A DNA stretch of 64,000 nucleotides from positions 5,317,342 through 5,381,341 of the forward strand of contig CP051237.1 of NCBI GenBank assembly GCA_017794825.1, in the 5' to 3' direction. The position numbers and the translations under genes were made by a program. Below, in pieces: positions 1 through 9,823 of the stretch (its first letter is position 1; each line of letters opens with the position of its first letter). This DNA is from Pararhizobium sp. GTDB taxonomy: Bacteria; Pseudomonadota; Alphaproteobacteria; Rhizobiales; Rhizobiaceae. Under the pieces are notes generated by a model. The model saw only the letters and a program-made list of their open reading frames with translations, ran no database searches and was not told where the DNA came from.

Positions 1-659
1 TTTCCTCACTCAGCCCGCGTTCTACGGTCATGAACATTTTGTCGGAGCCGCTCGAGATACACGGGATTGGCAACCGGCAATGGCGTCGCGAAAGGGCCAA
101 GGAGCTCATGACGATGGTCGGCCTATCGCCGACTTTGCTTAACCGGTACCCTCACAGTTTCTCGGGCGGTCAACGTCAGCGAATTGGCATTGCGCGCGCG
201 CTAGCGCTGGATCCCGACCTTCTGATCTGCGACGAGCCGGTGTCTGCGCTTGACGTGTCGGTTCAGGCGCAGATTCTCAACCTGCTGACCCGGCTTCGAA
301 AAGAGCTGAACCTGACGTCCGTTTTCATTTCCCACAATCTGGCCGTGGTCAATTACGTCGCCGACCGCGTGGCTGTGATGCGAGGCGGGCGAATCGTCGA
401 AATTGCGCCGGGAGAAGTCCTGTTCCGCGATCCGATTCATCCCTATACACAGAATTTGTTCAAATCGATTCCCACTACCGATCTGGATCATCCGCTTTCG
501 CTGGAGCAGACAAATCTGCTTTCGGTCGGAACTCCTGACGAGTGGGACCAACGTTTCGTGCCTGAAGGACCGGGCGCGCCAATGGAGATGCTCGAAGTCG
601 GACCGGATCATTACGTCCTTGTTCGGCCGAGCAGCGTTACAAGGAGGATGGTGGCATGA
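1..659 (+). CDS. Peptide/nickel-type ABC transporter ATP-binding protein (OppF/DppF-like), 5' end cut by window edge
   Basis: The frame is open back to base 3. ABC signature FSGGQRQRIGIARAL, Walker B LLICDEPVSALD, H-loop FISHNL and the typical Opp/Dpp C-terminal tail are present. Confidence 0.9.
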   Translation, partial: SSLSPRSTVMNILSEPLEIHGIGNRQWRRERAKELMTMVGLSPTLLNRYPHSFSGGQRQRIGIARALALDPDLLICDEPVSALDVSVQAQILNLLTRLRKELNLTSVFISHNLAVVNYVADRVAVMRGGRIVEIAPGEVLFRDPIHPYTQNLFKSIPTTDLDHPLSLEQTNLLSVGTPDEWDQRFVPEGPGAPMEMLEVGPDHYVLVRPSSVTRRMVA

Positions 660-2557
660 AAAGGGGCCTGCTGTTCACACTGATGGTCTGTCTTTTGTCC
701 CTCGTCGGGGCTGCGCGCGCAGACCAGGCGTTGACGGAGCCGCCCATCCTCGCGCCGCTGGTCGAATCCGGCAAGTTGCCGCCCATGAAGGAGCGTTTGC
801 CGAAAGATCCGTTCGTGGTGGATTTCGAGAAGGAGTCCAAGACGATCGGCCGGTATTGTTGCCAACTCGTGACGCTCCTTGGCAGCGCCAAGGACATTCG
901 GATGATGTCGGTTTATGGCTATGCACGCCTGATCGGCTTCGGACCGGACTACAAACTCAAACCGGATATCCTGGAGAGTTTCGAGTCGGAAGAAGGACGA
1001 ATTTTCACCCTTCGTATTCGCGAAGGACACAAATGGTCCGACGGCGAGCCGTTCACCTCCGAAGATTTCCGGTATTTCTGGGAGGATGTAGCCAACAATG
1101 GAGAACTTTCGGGATCCGGCATACCGCAGGTTCTCCTTTCCAACGGTAAGCCTCCGAAGTTCGAAGTTATCGACGACAGAACCGTTCGATATACCTGGGA
1201 GGATCCAAATCCCGCGTTTCCGCTTGGCCTGGCGGGTCCGAGCCCGGAATACATTTACTTGCCTGCTCACTACATGAAGCAGTTCCACATCACCTACAAT
1301 GATTCGGACAAGCTTGCGAAGATGTCTGAGGAAGGCGGGTATCGAAACTGGGCCGCGATGCACACGGTCAAGGGACGGCAATACCGTATGGAGAATCCGG
1401 AGTTGCCGACCCTGCAACCATGGCGCAACACCACCGACGGACCGTCGAAGCGTTATGTCTTCGAGCGCAATCCCTACTATCATCGCGTTGACCCGAATGG
1501 TCAGCAGCTTCCCTATATCGATGAAGTGATCATCCTTACGGAGTCGGTCGATATCATTCCGGCCAAGGCGGGGGCAGGGGAAAGCGATCTGCAGGCCCGC
1601 TACCTGCATTTCGATGACTACACCTTCCTGAAGCAGGGCGAGGAAAACCAGGACTACAATGTTCTCTTGTGGCGCAACGGGGTCGCCAACCAGATTTCAC
1701 TCTATCCAAATCTCAATGTGAGCGATCCGGAATGGAACAAGCTCAATCAGGACGTCCGCTTCCGCCGCGCCCTTTCGCTCGGGCTCAATCGCGAAGAGAT
1801 AAACCAGCAGCTCTTCTTTGGTCTCGCGAAGCCGGGCGGCGATACGGTCATTCAGGAATCGCCGCTTTACAAGGAAGAGTATGCGACCGCCTGGACCAAT
1901 CACGATGTCGACGCGGCAAACGAGCTTCTTGACGAGATCGGCCTGACGGAACGTGACGGCAAGGGGATTCGTCTGTTGCCGAACGGCAAGCCGATGGAAC
2001 TGATTGTCGAAAGCGCTGGCGAGAGCACTGAGGAAACCGATGCGCTTGAACTCGTTCGCTATCACTGGGAACAGCTTGGCATCCAGGTATTCACCCGCAC
2101 CCTGCAGCGCGATATTCAGCGTCGTCGCTTTCTGACGGGTGAAACCATCATGACGATATCCAAGGGACTGGATATCGGTCTGGCGACGCCTGAAACCAAT
2201 CCTGAACAGCTTGCGCCTGTGTCGCCGTCGCAGCCGAACTGGCCGCAATGGGGACAGTATACGGAGACGAACGGAAAGGCTGGCGCGCCGGTATCGCTGC
2301 CGGCGGCGGAGCGGCTGCTGGAACTGTACAATTCCTGGAGGCAGTCAACCAATGTCGAGCAGCAGGAAGCGATTTGGGCGGAAATGCTCCAGATCTATTC
2401 CGAAAACGTCTTCTCGATCGGTGTTGCGCGGGAAACGATCCAGCCTGTCGTCGTCGACAAGAAACTGCAGAATGTTCCCTCTGACGCGATATTCGCCTGG
2501 TCGCCGACAGCCTTCTTCGGCATCTTCCGGCCGGATACATTCTGGTTCGACGGATAG
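656..2557 (+). CDS. ABC transporter substrate-binding protein, family 5 (peptide/opine/nickel type)
   Basis: 633 aa with an N-terminal signal peptide (LLFTLMVCLLSLVGAARA). AAGGAGG at 641-647. ATGA start/stop overlap with the upstream ATPase at 656-659. Confidence 0.9.
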   Translation: MKRGLLFTLMVCLLSLVGAARADQALTEPPILAPLVESGKLPPMKERLPKDPFVVDFEKESKTIGRYCCQLVTLLGSAKDIRMMSVYGYARLIGFGPDYKLKPDILESFESEEGRIFTLRIREGHKWSDGEPFTSEDFRYFWEDVANNGELSGSGIPQVLLSNGKPPKFEVIDDRTVRYTWEDPNPAFPLGLAGPSPEYIYLPAHYMKQFHITYNDSDKLAKMSEEGGYRNWAAMHTVKGRQYRMENPELPTLQPWRNTTDGPSKRYVFERNPYYHRVDPNGQQLPYIDEVIILTESVDIIPAKAGAGESDLQARYLHFDDYTFLKQGEENQDYNVLLWRNGVANQISLYPNLNVSDPEWNKLNQDVRFRRALSLGLNREEINQQLFFGLAKPGGDTVIQESPLYKEEYATAWTNHDVDAANELLDEIGLTERDGKGIRLLPNGKPMELIVESAGESTEETDALELVRYHWEQLGIQVFTRTLQRDIQRRRFLTGETIMTISKGLDIGLATPETNPEQLAPVSPSQPNWPQWGQYTETNGKAGAPVSLPAAERLLELYNSWRQSTNVEQQEAIWAEMLQIYSENVFSIGVARETIQPVVVDKKLQNVPSDAIFAWSPTAFFGIFRPDTFWFDG

Positions 2558-2565
2558 CAGGCGGT

Positions 2566-3564
2566 ATGCTCAGATACATCATCTTTCGCTTCTTCGCGAT
2601 GATTCCGACGCTGCTCATCGCCAGCGTCCTTATCTTCACGATCATCGAACTTCCGCCCGGCGACTATTTCGAGACGTATGTCGCGGAATTGCAGGCGTCG
2701 GGCGAGACGGTTGATCCGCAGAAGATCGAATATCTGCGCAAGGAATATGGTTTCGACAAGCCGGTCTGGCAGCGATACTTCAGTTGGGTCTGGGGCATGC
2801 TGCACGGCGATTTCGGCTATTCGTTCGAATATGAAAGGCCGGTTTCGGAGCTGATCGGCGCGCGGCTTATGCTGACGATGCTGTTATCCTTCGTGACTAT
2901 CATTTTCACATGGGTGGTCGCCTTTCCGATCGGCATCTACTCTGCCACGCACAAATACTCGATCGGAGATTACAGTTTCACCTTTCTCGGGCTGATAGGC
3001 CTTGCCACGCCAAACTTCCTGCTTGCGCTTGTGATGATGTATTTCGCCAAGGTCTGGTTTGGCACGTCCATCGGCGGTTTGATGGATCCGGTCTATATCG
3101 ATCAGCCGATGAGTTGGGGGAAATTCGGATCCATCGCCGAGCACATGGTCATTCCGGTCGTCGTGATCGGCACGGCAGGCACGGCCGCCATGATCCGGCG
3201 TATCCGGGCAAACCTGCTCGACGAGCTCAAGAAGCAATATGTGATAACCGCCCGCGCCAAGGGGCTGCCGCCAACCCGCACGGTTTTGAAATATCCGTTC
3301 CGCATGTCGCTTAACTTCTTCATTGCCGATATCGGCAGCATCCTGCCCAATATCGTTTCCGGCGCAGAAGTCGTTGCAATCGTTCTGTCGCTCGAGACGA
3401 CAGGCCCGCTGCTTATACGCGCTCTCAAAAGCCAGGACATGTATCTGGCTGGTTCGTTTCTGATGTTCCTTGCGGTGCTGACTGTCATTGGTGTGCTGAT
3501 CTCCGATATCGCGCTCGCGATCCTCGATCCTCGCATCAGGCTCCAGGGAAAACCGGAAAAATGA
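2566..3564 (+). CDS. ABC transporter permease (DppB/OppB-like)
   Basis: 332 aa, multi-TM, BPD-transporter-type EAA loop region (ITARAKGLPP), located directly after the SBP gene. Confidence 0.9.
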   Translation: MLRYIIFRFFAMIPTLLIASVLIFTIIELPPGDYFETYVAELQASGETVDPQKIEYLRKEYGFDKPVWQRYFSWVWGMLHGDFGYSFEYERPVSELIGARLMLTMLLSFVTIIFTWVVAFPIGIYSATHKYSIGDYSFTFLGLIGLATPNFLLALVMMYFAKVWFGTSIGGLMDPVYIDQPMSWGKFGSIAEHMVIPVVVIGTAGTAAMIRRIRANLLDELKKQYVITARAKGLPPTRTVLKYPFRMSLNFFIADIGSILPNIVSGAEVVAIVLSLETTGPLLIRALKSQDMYLAGSFLMFLAVLTVIGVLISDIALAILDPRIRLQGKPEK

Positions 3565-4739
3565 ACGATTCATCTTTGCCCAGACCGGGAAAGCCCCTTG
3601 GACACTATGTCTCCACCGCCGAATTCGACCCGTATTCGGTTGAGCAACTCACGCCCGAGCAGGAGAAGTACTTTTTCGCCTCGCAGCGACAGCTGATCTG
3701 GTGGAAATTCAAGAAGCATCGAGTGGCCTACTGGTCGGCGATGATACTGCTGTTCTTCTACGTGGTTATCGCCTTCGCGGAGTTCATCGCTCCTTACGAA
3801 CTGACTCGGCGCCATCAGGAATCGATTTATGCGCCGCCGCAAGGCGTTCATTTCTTCAAGGATGGCGAGTTCGTCGGACCTTTCGTCTATCAGCGCGTCC
3901 GCACGCTCGACATGGATTTGTTGAAACGCAAATACGCCGCGAATGAAGCCAAAACCTATCCAATCGGCTTTTTTTGCGACGGAGACGAATACAAGCTTTG
4001 GGGCCTGATTCCGTCCAGCAAGCATCTGTTTTGCGTCAGGGACGGAGGCACATTGTTCCTGCTCGGAACGGACAGGCTCGGGCGAGACCTGTTCTCCCGG
4101 ATAATCTACGGAGCGCGGATATCGTTGACGATCGGTCTGATCGGCGTCGCCGTGAGCTTCATTCTCGGCATCTCGATCGGCGGCCTTGCCGGATATTACG
4201 GCGGATGGGTCGACAACATCGTCCAGCGAATGATCGAAGTGCTCCAGTCGATACCGAGCATTCCGCTCTGGCTGGCGCTCGCGGCGATCATGCCGGTCAC
4301 CTGGAGTCCGTTGCTTGTCTATTTCGGCATCACGATCATTCTCGGCCTGCTTGACTGGACCGGGATGGCGCGCGCCGTGCGCTCAAAGCTTCTTTCGCTC
4401 AGGGAAGAGGACTACGTCATGGCTGCGCAGCTCATGGGGGCGCGGCCGAGCCGCATCATCGCGCGGCACCTGATTCCGGGCTTCATGAGCCACCTGATTG
4501 CGTCGGCCACGATTACCATTCCCACGATGATCCTGGGTGAAACCGCTCTCAGCTTCCTGGGTCTCGGCCTGCGGCCTCCGGTCACAAGCTGGGGCGTGCT
4601 TTTGAACGAGGCTCAGAACATCAGCGTAGTCGTGCTTTATCCGTGGCTGATCCTGCCGGTGGTGCCGGTCATCGTGGTGATCCTCGCCTTCAACTTCATG
4701 GGCGACGGCCTGCGCGACGCGGCCGATCCCTACCAGTAA
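3561..4739 (+). CDS. ABC transporter permease (DppC/OppC-like, long N-terminal/periplasmic extension)
   Basis: 392 aa. 4-nt overlap with the preceding permease. Conserved LGTDRLGRDLFSRIIYG and MAAQLMGARPSRII motifs. Confidence 0.9.
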   Translation: MNDSSLPRPGKPLGHYVSTAEFDPYSVEQLTPEQEKYFFASQRQLIWWKFKKHRVAYWSAMILLFFYVVIAFAEFIAPYELTRRHQESIYAPPQGVHFFKDGEFVGPFVYQRVRTLDMDLLKRKYAANEAKTYPIGFFCDGDEYKLWGLIPSSKHLFCVRDGGTLFLLGTDRLGRDLFSRIIYGARISLTIGLIGVAVSFILGISIGGLAGYYGGWVDNIVQRMIEVLQSIPSIPLWLALAAIMPVTWSPLLVYFGITIILGLLDWTGMARAVRSKLLSLREEDYVMAAQLMGARPSRIIARHLIPGFMSHLIASATITIPTMILGETALSFLGLGLRPPVTSWGVLLNEAQNISVVVLYPWLILPVVPVIVVILAFNFMGDGLRDAADPYQ

Positions 4740-4741
4740 AT

Positions 4742-5851
4742 CTAGCCGAGTTCCTTGATCGCCTTATCCAGGGTGGCCGCTGCGGCGGCCACGTCGTGGC
4801 GTGCTCGCACATATGCGGCTGCAGCCCCGCCGAGCGAGCGTCGTAGCGACGGATCAGCCAGAAGACGGCGAAGCGCCGCCGCCATGTCCTGTTTGTCGAT
4901 GGCAAGCAAGCCGGTCTTTCCGTTGTCGACGACGGAGGGGACGCCGGCGTTGTCGAGCGCGACGACAGGCACGCCACGGGATTGAGCCTCGAGATAGACC
5001 ATGCCGATGGGTTCGCGAATTCCAGGCCAGAAAAAGACATCCGAGCGGTCCATCAGGCCGAACATCATGCCGTGTTCGACATTGCCGAGCAGTTTCAGCC
5101 GCTCGGGCGCGATGAACGAAAGCAGGTCCGCGATCGTGTCGCGCTCCGGGCCGTCGCCCGCAACAACCAGGTTCCAGCGGTCATGGCCGATCGCCTTCAG
5201 GGAAGCGGCGAGTGACTCGTAGCACTGCAGCTTCTTTCCTGGCCGCATCATTCCGGCGGTCATTAACATCGGATCGTCGTTTGCGAACAGGGGCGGGGCT
5301 TGGTGCGCGACATCGGGTTGAACGGACAGGTCGAGGAATGGAGCCAGCCTGCGCGCCGTTCGCATATCCGGCAAAAAGCTGTCCAGATAGGTCCAGTCGC
5401 TCTCCTTCAAAACGAAGTTGATCGCAGCAGCTTTCACCGCTGCCTGGGTCGCCAGTCTGCCATTTTCCCAGGCCTCGTCACTGTCCTGCGCAGTACGGGC
5501 GGCTTCCGCGGTCGCATAGGGAATGCCGAATTCTTTCGAAAGATGCGGTCCCAGCCAGTCCGGTGATTTGCAGTACGGATGATAGGTGAACCAGAGATCC
5601 GGCCGCAATCGCGGGTTTTGCATCCAGCGTTCGTGAATTCGCGCCTTTTCGGCCTCCACTTCGTCATGGCGTCTGGAATAAAGATCGGGGTCGGCGCGCT
5701 TCTGGTAGCTCTTGACCTCAGAAGCAAGCGACACGTCAAAGCCTGCCTTTGAAAGGGCGCGCATCAGCAGGCGCGCTATTTCCCGGTCGCCCGACGGATG
5801 TGGATCATTCGGAGATTTCAGCGGCGCGTAGAACGCTATCTTTCTGATCAT
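4742..5851 (-). CDS. Glycosyltransferase family 4 (GT-B fold, Glycos_transf_1 type)
   Basis: 369 aa. C-terminal E-x7-E-like region (GMVYLEAQSRGVPVVALDNAGVPSVVDNGKTGLL). ATGA overlap with the upstream gene at 5848-5851. Confidence 0.85.
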   Translation of the reverse strand: MIRKIAFYAPLKSPNDPHPSGDREIARLLMRALSKAGFDVSLASEVKSYQKRADPDLYSRRHDEVEAEKARIHERWMQNPRLRPDLWFTYHPYCKSPDWLGPHLSKEFGIPYATAEAARTAQDSDEAWENGRLATQAAVKAAAINFVLKESDWTYLDSFLPDMRTARRLAPFLDLSVQPDVAHQAPPLFANDDPMLMTAGMMRPGKKLQCYESLAASLKAIGHDRWNLVVAGDGPERDTIADLLSFIAPERLKLLGNVEHGMMFGLMDRSDVFFWPGIREPIGMVYLEAQSRGVPVVALDNAGVPSVVDNGKTGLLAIDKQDMAAALRRLLADPSLRRSLGGAAAAYVRARHDVAAAAATLDKAIKELG

Positions 5852-7017
5852 TGGTCGCCACCCCCCGAAATCAGACGGCTCAGGATCTCGGCGGTTCTGG
5901 CGGCGCCGTCGGTTTCGATCGAACGCCAGTCGGGAGCCGGTTTTGCCATCACCCTTCGGATCGCGTTCGCCAGCATTTCGGGCGTCTTTTCCTCATGCCC
6001 AATCATTTCGACGAGACCGCGTTGTGACAGCAGTTCCGCCCGGCGCAACTGTTCAGTCTCCTTGTCGTTCCATTGCGGCGCTATGATCGCCCGGCATCCC
6101 GCGGCCATCAGGTCGGCGACCGTGTTGTAACCGGCAAGCGATATGGACAATTCGGCTTTCGACAAAACGGCGGGAAGGTCCGGGAGGAACGTGCGGAGCG
6201 TGACGTTTCCCCCTGCCGCAAGGTTGCCGAGCGCATTGAACTCTTCCCGCGCCATGTAGGGGCCGGCGCAGACACACCATCGGGCGTCCTTCAGGTCCGT
6301 ATGTTCGCGAGCCAGAAGTGCGGCGCGGATGAGTTCGCGGCCGAGCATGCCGCCGCCGGCCGTCACCACGACATCGAAATGCTGCTCCGGTTCGTTGTCG
6401 GGATTGATGCGGGGTGTGACGATCCCTGTGTAGTGCAGCTTGTCGCGAATTGTGTCGACGAGAGGGAAGGTGGTTTCGAGAGGCGTGAGGCGCGCGTCGC
6501 CATGGACGAGAACGCCGTCGAAGAACTGCTCGATGATATCGACTGTCTGTAAATCCTTGGAGGGCTTGTTGCCCTCCTGAAGGATATCGCGGATCGACGC
6601 GAGGATGATCGGTCGTTGCGCAAGCGTCGACGCCGTTTCGAAAAAAGGCAGAAGTTCAAAATGCATCTGACGACGACCGAAGGGAAAAGCTTCGGTAATA
6701 ATGATGTCCGGCCGGGTGTTCCGGAGAAGCTGAAGCAGCGCGTCGCGGCGCATGTCCTTGTAGGCTTCGCTCGCCGGACGCCCATCTGCGCCGAGCAGCC
6801 GCGTATCATCGGCTGCGGCCCAGCGCAGCGACGGCAGGTAGCGGATGTCCGCGCCACGGGAAACCATGTCCGGTATTTTTTCGCCGCCATGGGCGACGGT
6901 GACGTCAAATCCGGTTGCGACAAGCCTCTCGACGATACGCATTGTTCTGAAGACGTGACCAACCCCCAGAAGGTGCTGCACGTAGAACAGAACCCTATGC
7001 GTCGACCGTGACGGCAT
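5848..7017 (-). CDS. Glycosyltransferase, MurG/GT28-C-terminal-like (predicted glycosyl transferase family)
   Basis: 389 aa. N-terminal RVLFYVQHLLGVGHVFRT glycine-histidine motif and C-terminal GYNTVADLMAAG. Paralogous to 8260..9465. Confidence 0.72.
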   Translation of the reverse strand: MPSRSTHRVLFYVQHLLGVGHVFRTMRIVERLVATGFDVTVAHGGEKIPDMVSRGADIRYLPSLRWAAADDTRLLGADGRPASEAYKDMRRDALLQLLRNTRPDIIITEAFPFGRRQMHFELLPFFETASTLAQRPIILASIRDILQEGNKPSKDLQTVDIIEQFFDGVLVHGDARLTPLETTFPLVDTIRDKLHYTGIVTPRINPDNEPEQHFDVVVTAGGGMLGRELIRAALLAREHTDLKDARWCVCAGPYMAREEFNALGNLAAGGNVTLRTFLPDLPAVLSKAELSISLAGYNTVADLMAAGCRAIIAPQWNDKETEQLRRAELLSQRGLVEMIGHEEKTPEMLANAIRRVMAKPAPDWRSIETDGAARTAEILSRLISGGGDQ

Positions 7018-8263
7018 GACTGTGCTGAAGCGGCTGGATTCCGCTTTCCTCGAATAGTTTCACGAGATCGCGCGTCGTCGACGAATGGTCAAAGCGCGTC
7101 CTCACCTTTTGTTCGCCTTTTCTTGCGAACTCGTCGCGAAGCCCGGGATTGGAAATCAATTTCTCCAAGGCGTCGCGGAGACGGTCGATATCGTCCGGCG
7201 GCGTCAACAATCCGGTTTCTCCGTCTTCCACGAGTTCGACAATGCCCGACACCGGAGTGGAAATGCATGCGAGCCCTTGGCTCTGTGCTTCAATCAGCAC
7301 GTTCGGCAAGCCATCGCGGTCTCCGTCGCTGGCAATTCTGCTCGGCAATACGAAGAGATCGCTCTCCCGGCAGGCTAGCAGGATAAATTCCTGCGGTTTT
7401 GCGCCCAGCATTTCGGCGTGGTTTTCAAGACCAAGCTCGCGGATCTGTTTGGCCAGCTTATCCTTCAGCACGCCTCCGCCGATATGGGTCCAGCGCCAGT
7501 TGAGGTCCTTCGGCAACCGCGCGAGGGCTGCGATCAGGGTGTCCAGCCCTTTCTTCTCGACGGCCCTGCCGACCGTGAGGATGCGTACCGGCTCATTCCC
7601 GGTTCCGTCCCGCGTGGACGCCGGTCGCTCGAACGCGGGAAACCGGTTCAGATCGATGCCGTGATAGACCAGGCGCACACGGCTGGGATCCTCGGCGAGC
7701 GACTGTAGATGCCTGTGTCCCACCGCCGTGCAGGTGACGCACCAGCGCATGTCCGCCAGTTTTTCGCTCAGCTCCCAGTCCGGCGATGTCCAGATGTCCT
7801 TGGCATGGGCCGAACAGCTCCAGTCAAGCCCGACAATGGCGCAGCAGTAGCGCGCCACGGAACACGGGGTATGGATGAAATGCGCATAGATCCATGCAGT
7901 GTCCGGCGCCAGTTCGCGCGCCATGACCAGCGCTTGTCCGAACCGCCGCACCCGATTGCGCGTCGGGTCGCGTGCAAGATCCTTCAAAAACAGCCGGAAT
8001 GCCCGCATGAACCCCGGGCGTCGCACGCTGCTAGTCAAACCCTTGAAGACGCGGGCCGGCTCTTCGTGCAGATATTCCGGAAGGTAGCTGACTGGAGCCT
8101 CTATTTCCGCGTGGATCGGATGACGCGCCTTGTCCGTCGGATGCCTGAGAGAGATTAGGTTGAGGCGAAAGCCTGCGCGTTCAAGCGCCAGCAATTCCTG
8201 GGCGATGAAGGATTCCGAGAGGCGTGGATAGCCCTTCAGAACCACCGCTATGGTCTGGTTCAT
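6995..8263 (-). CDS. Glycosyltransferase family 4 (WcaL-like)
   Basis: 422 aa. N-terminal KGYPRLSESFIAQE motif typical of WcaL-like enzymes. C-terminal GLPNVLIEAQSQGLACISTPVSGIVELVEDGETGLL. Confidence 0.85.
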   Translation of the reverse strand: MNQTIAVVLKGYPRLSESFIAQELLALERAGFRLNLISLRHPTDKARHPIHAEIEAPVSYLPEYLHEEPARVFKGLTSSVRRPGFMRAFRLFLKDLARDPTRNRVRRFGQALVMARELAPDTAWIYAHFIHTPCSVARYCCAIVGLDWSCSAHAKDIWTSPDWELSEKLADMRWCVTCTAVGHRHLQSLAEDPSRVRLVYHGIDLNRFPAFERPASTRDGTGNEPVRILTVGRAVEKKGLDTLIAALARLPKDLNWRWTHIGGGVLKDKLAKQIRELGLENHAEMLGAKPQEFILLACRESDLFVLPSRIASDGDRDGLPNVLIEAQSQGLACISTPVSGIVELVEDGETGLLTPPDDIDRLRDALEKLISNPGLRDEFARKGEQKVRTRFDHSSTTRDLVKLFEESGIQPLQHSHAVTVDA

Positions 8264-9465
8264 CGCTCCGCCCTTGCGAGTTGGACGGAGTGGTCGCTGC
8301 GGTCGTGCAGGATGGTTTCGACGGCGTCGCCGATGCGCTCCAGGCCATGCGCGTCGATGCCGGAGCCAACCGGCTCTTTGTCGGCGATGAGCGCCCGGAT
8401 CGCCGCCGCAAAGTCAAGCGGCCGCGAGGCGACGGCCTCCGGCGCCATCCGGCACCAGCCGAGTTCCGCCGCCCGGCTCGCCCGGATATACTGCTCAAGA
8501 CGCGGCGTCTGGCGCGGCACGAACAACGCCTTCTTGTTGCGCGACACGACCTCGCAGAACGTGTTGTAGCCGCACATGCCGACAACCGCAGAGGCCCGGC
8601 GGATCAGGCCTTCCGGCTCCGAATCGAAGTCGATCACATGCATCCGCCCCGTGCCCTGCGCCCGCGCGCGGATCGAATGCGCCTGCCGCGGGTCCGCATA
8701 AGGCCCCAGAAGCAGCACCGCCGGCGTCGCAATCCCCGCGTCCTGCTCGTAGGCGTCGACCACCGCGTTCATCACGAAGTCGCCGTCGCCGCCGCCGCCC
8801 GCCGTCACCAGCAGATAGTCTTCGGGCAGATCGGCGGGAAGCGCCGGCGCGCCCGCCTGTCCGAGCGAGCGGTACAGAAAGCCCATGAAGCTGCAGCTCG
8901 ACAGAACGCTCGCCGGAAGGCCCATGTCGCGCAAGGGATGGTGGAAGCTCTCCGTGCCGTAGATCCAGATATGGTCGTACAGTCCCTCGATGCGCTCGTA
9001 GATGCCCTTGCGCTCCCATTCCGAGCGCAGCAGCGCCGTATCGTCCAGCACGTCGCGCAGACCGAGCACAAGCGTCGCGCCGCAGGCCTTCAGGTAGCCG
9101 AGCGCGGGCATCAGTTCGCCGCTCAGGCCCAGCGGCTCCTTGTCGGTGATGAAGATGTCGGCCGGGCGGCGCTTCAGCGCCTCCATGATGGCGTGGCTGC
9201 GCGCCTCGATCACCTGCTCGTAGGTCAGCCGGCGATCGGCCGGCCGGTAGCTGCCGTCCGGCTGCTTCTCGATCTGCGGGATCGGCGCGAAGTGAATGCG
9301 GTCATGGGCGGGAAACCGCGACGAAAGGTCCGAGCCGGTGATGATCGTCGCATGCGCGTCGCAAAACCGGTCGACCAGCGTCATCGCAATCTTGCGGCTG
9401 CGCCGCAGATGACCGAGCCCAAACGTGTCGTGGCTGTAAAGTACGATGTGGGGCGCGTCGTTCAC
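8260..9465 (-). CDS. Glycosyltransferase, MurG/GT28-C-terminal-like; paralogue of 5848..7017
   Basis: 401 aa. IVLYSHDTFGLGHLRRS N-terminal motif and GYNTFCEVVS C-terminal motif. ATGA-type overlap with the downstream gene at 8260-8263. Confidence 0.72.
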   Translation of the reverse strand: MNDAPHIVLYSHDTFGLGHLRRSRKIAMTLVDRFCDAHATIITGSDLSSRFPAHDRIHFAPIPQIEKQPDGSYRPADRRLTYEQVIEARSHAIMEALKRRPADIFITDKEPLGLSGELMPALGYLKACGATLVLGLRDVLDDTALLRSEWERKGIYERIEGLYDHIWIYGTESFHHPLRDMGLPASVLSSCSFMGFLYRSLGQAGAPALPADLPEDYLLVTAGGGGDGDFVMNAVVDAYEQDAGIATPAVLLLGPYADPRQAHSIRARAQGTGRMHVIDFDSEPEGLIRRASAVVGMCGYNTFCEVVSRNKKALFVPRQTPRLEQYIRASRAAELGWCRMAPEAVASRPLDFAAAIRALIADKEPVGSGIDAHGLERIGDAVETILHDRSDHSVQLARAER

Positions 9466-9507
9466 AAAGGCCTACCTGTCACAACAATTGTCATTCTGGA
9501 CCGGAAA

Positions 9508-9771
9508 TCAATGTGGACGTCGCCACGCCGACCAATGATCACACATGATGCCTCTGTTCAATCCCGCCCCAGAGTACTGTTGATAAACCATTCCACAGTG
9601 GTCGGCAAACGGGTAGTCCGGGAAACGGATGATCCGAAAATGCCTGATCTCCATGAAATCTTTGTGTCTGGCGCAACGGCGCCGACAGTAAAGCGCAGCC
9701 AAGAAATCCTCTGGCCAACAGGCAGGTTTGACTTCATAGTAGCGCCTGATGATTTCGATCACGTAATACAT
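9508..9771 (-). CDS. Hypothetical small protein (87 aa), Cys/Trp/aromatic-rich; tentative first gene of the glycosyltransferase operon
   Basis: ATG at 9771 preceded by AGGTGGGAA. The ORF is MYYVIEIIRRYYEVKPACWPEDF...SAWRRPH. No family recognised. The region is visibly AT-richer than its neighbours. Confidence 0.3.
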   Translation of the reverse strand: MYYVIEIIRRYYEVKPACWPEDFLAALYCRRRCARHKDFMEIRHFRIIRFPDYPFADHCGMVYQQYSGAGLNRGIMCDHWSAWRRPH

Positions 9772-9823
9772 TTCCCACCTGATCCGATGGCGCGCGGTTT
9801 TGGCGAATTCTGGCACTGCAAAA

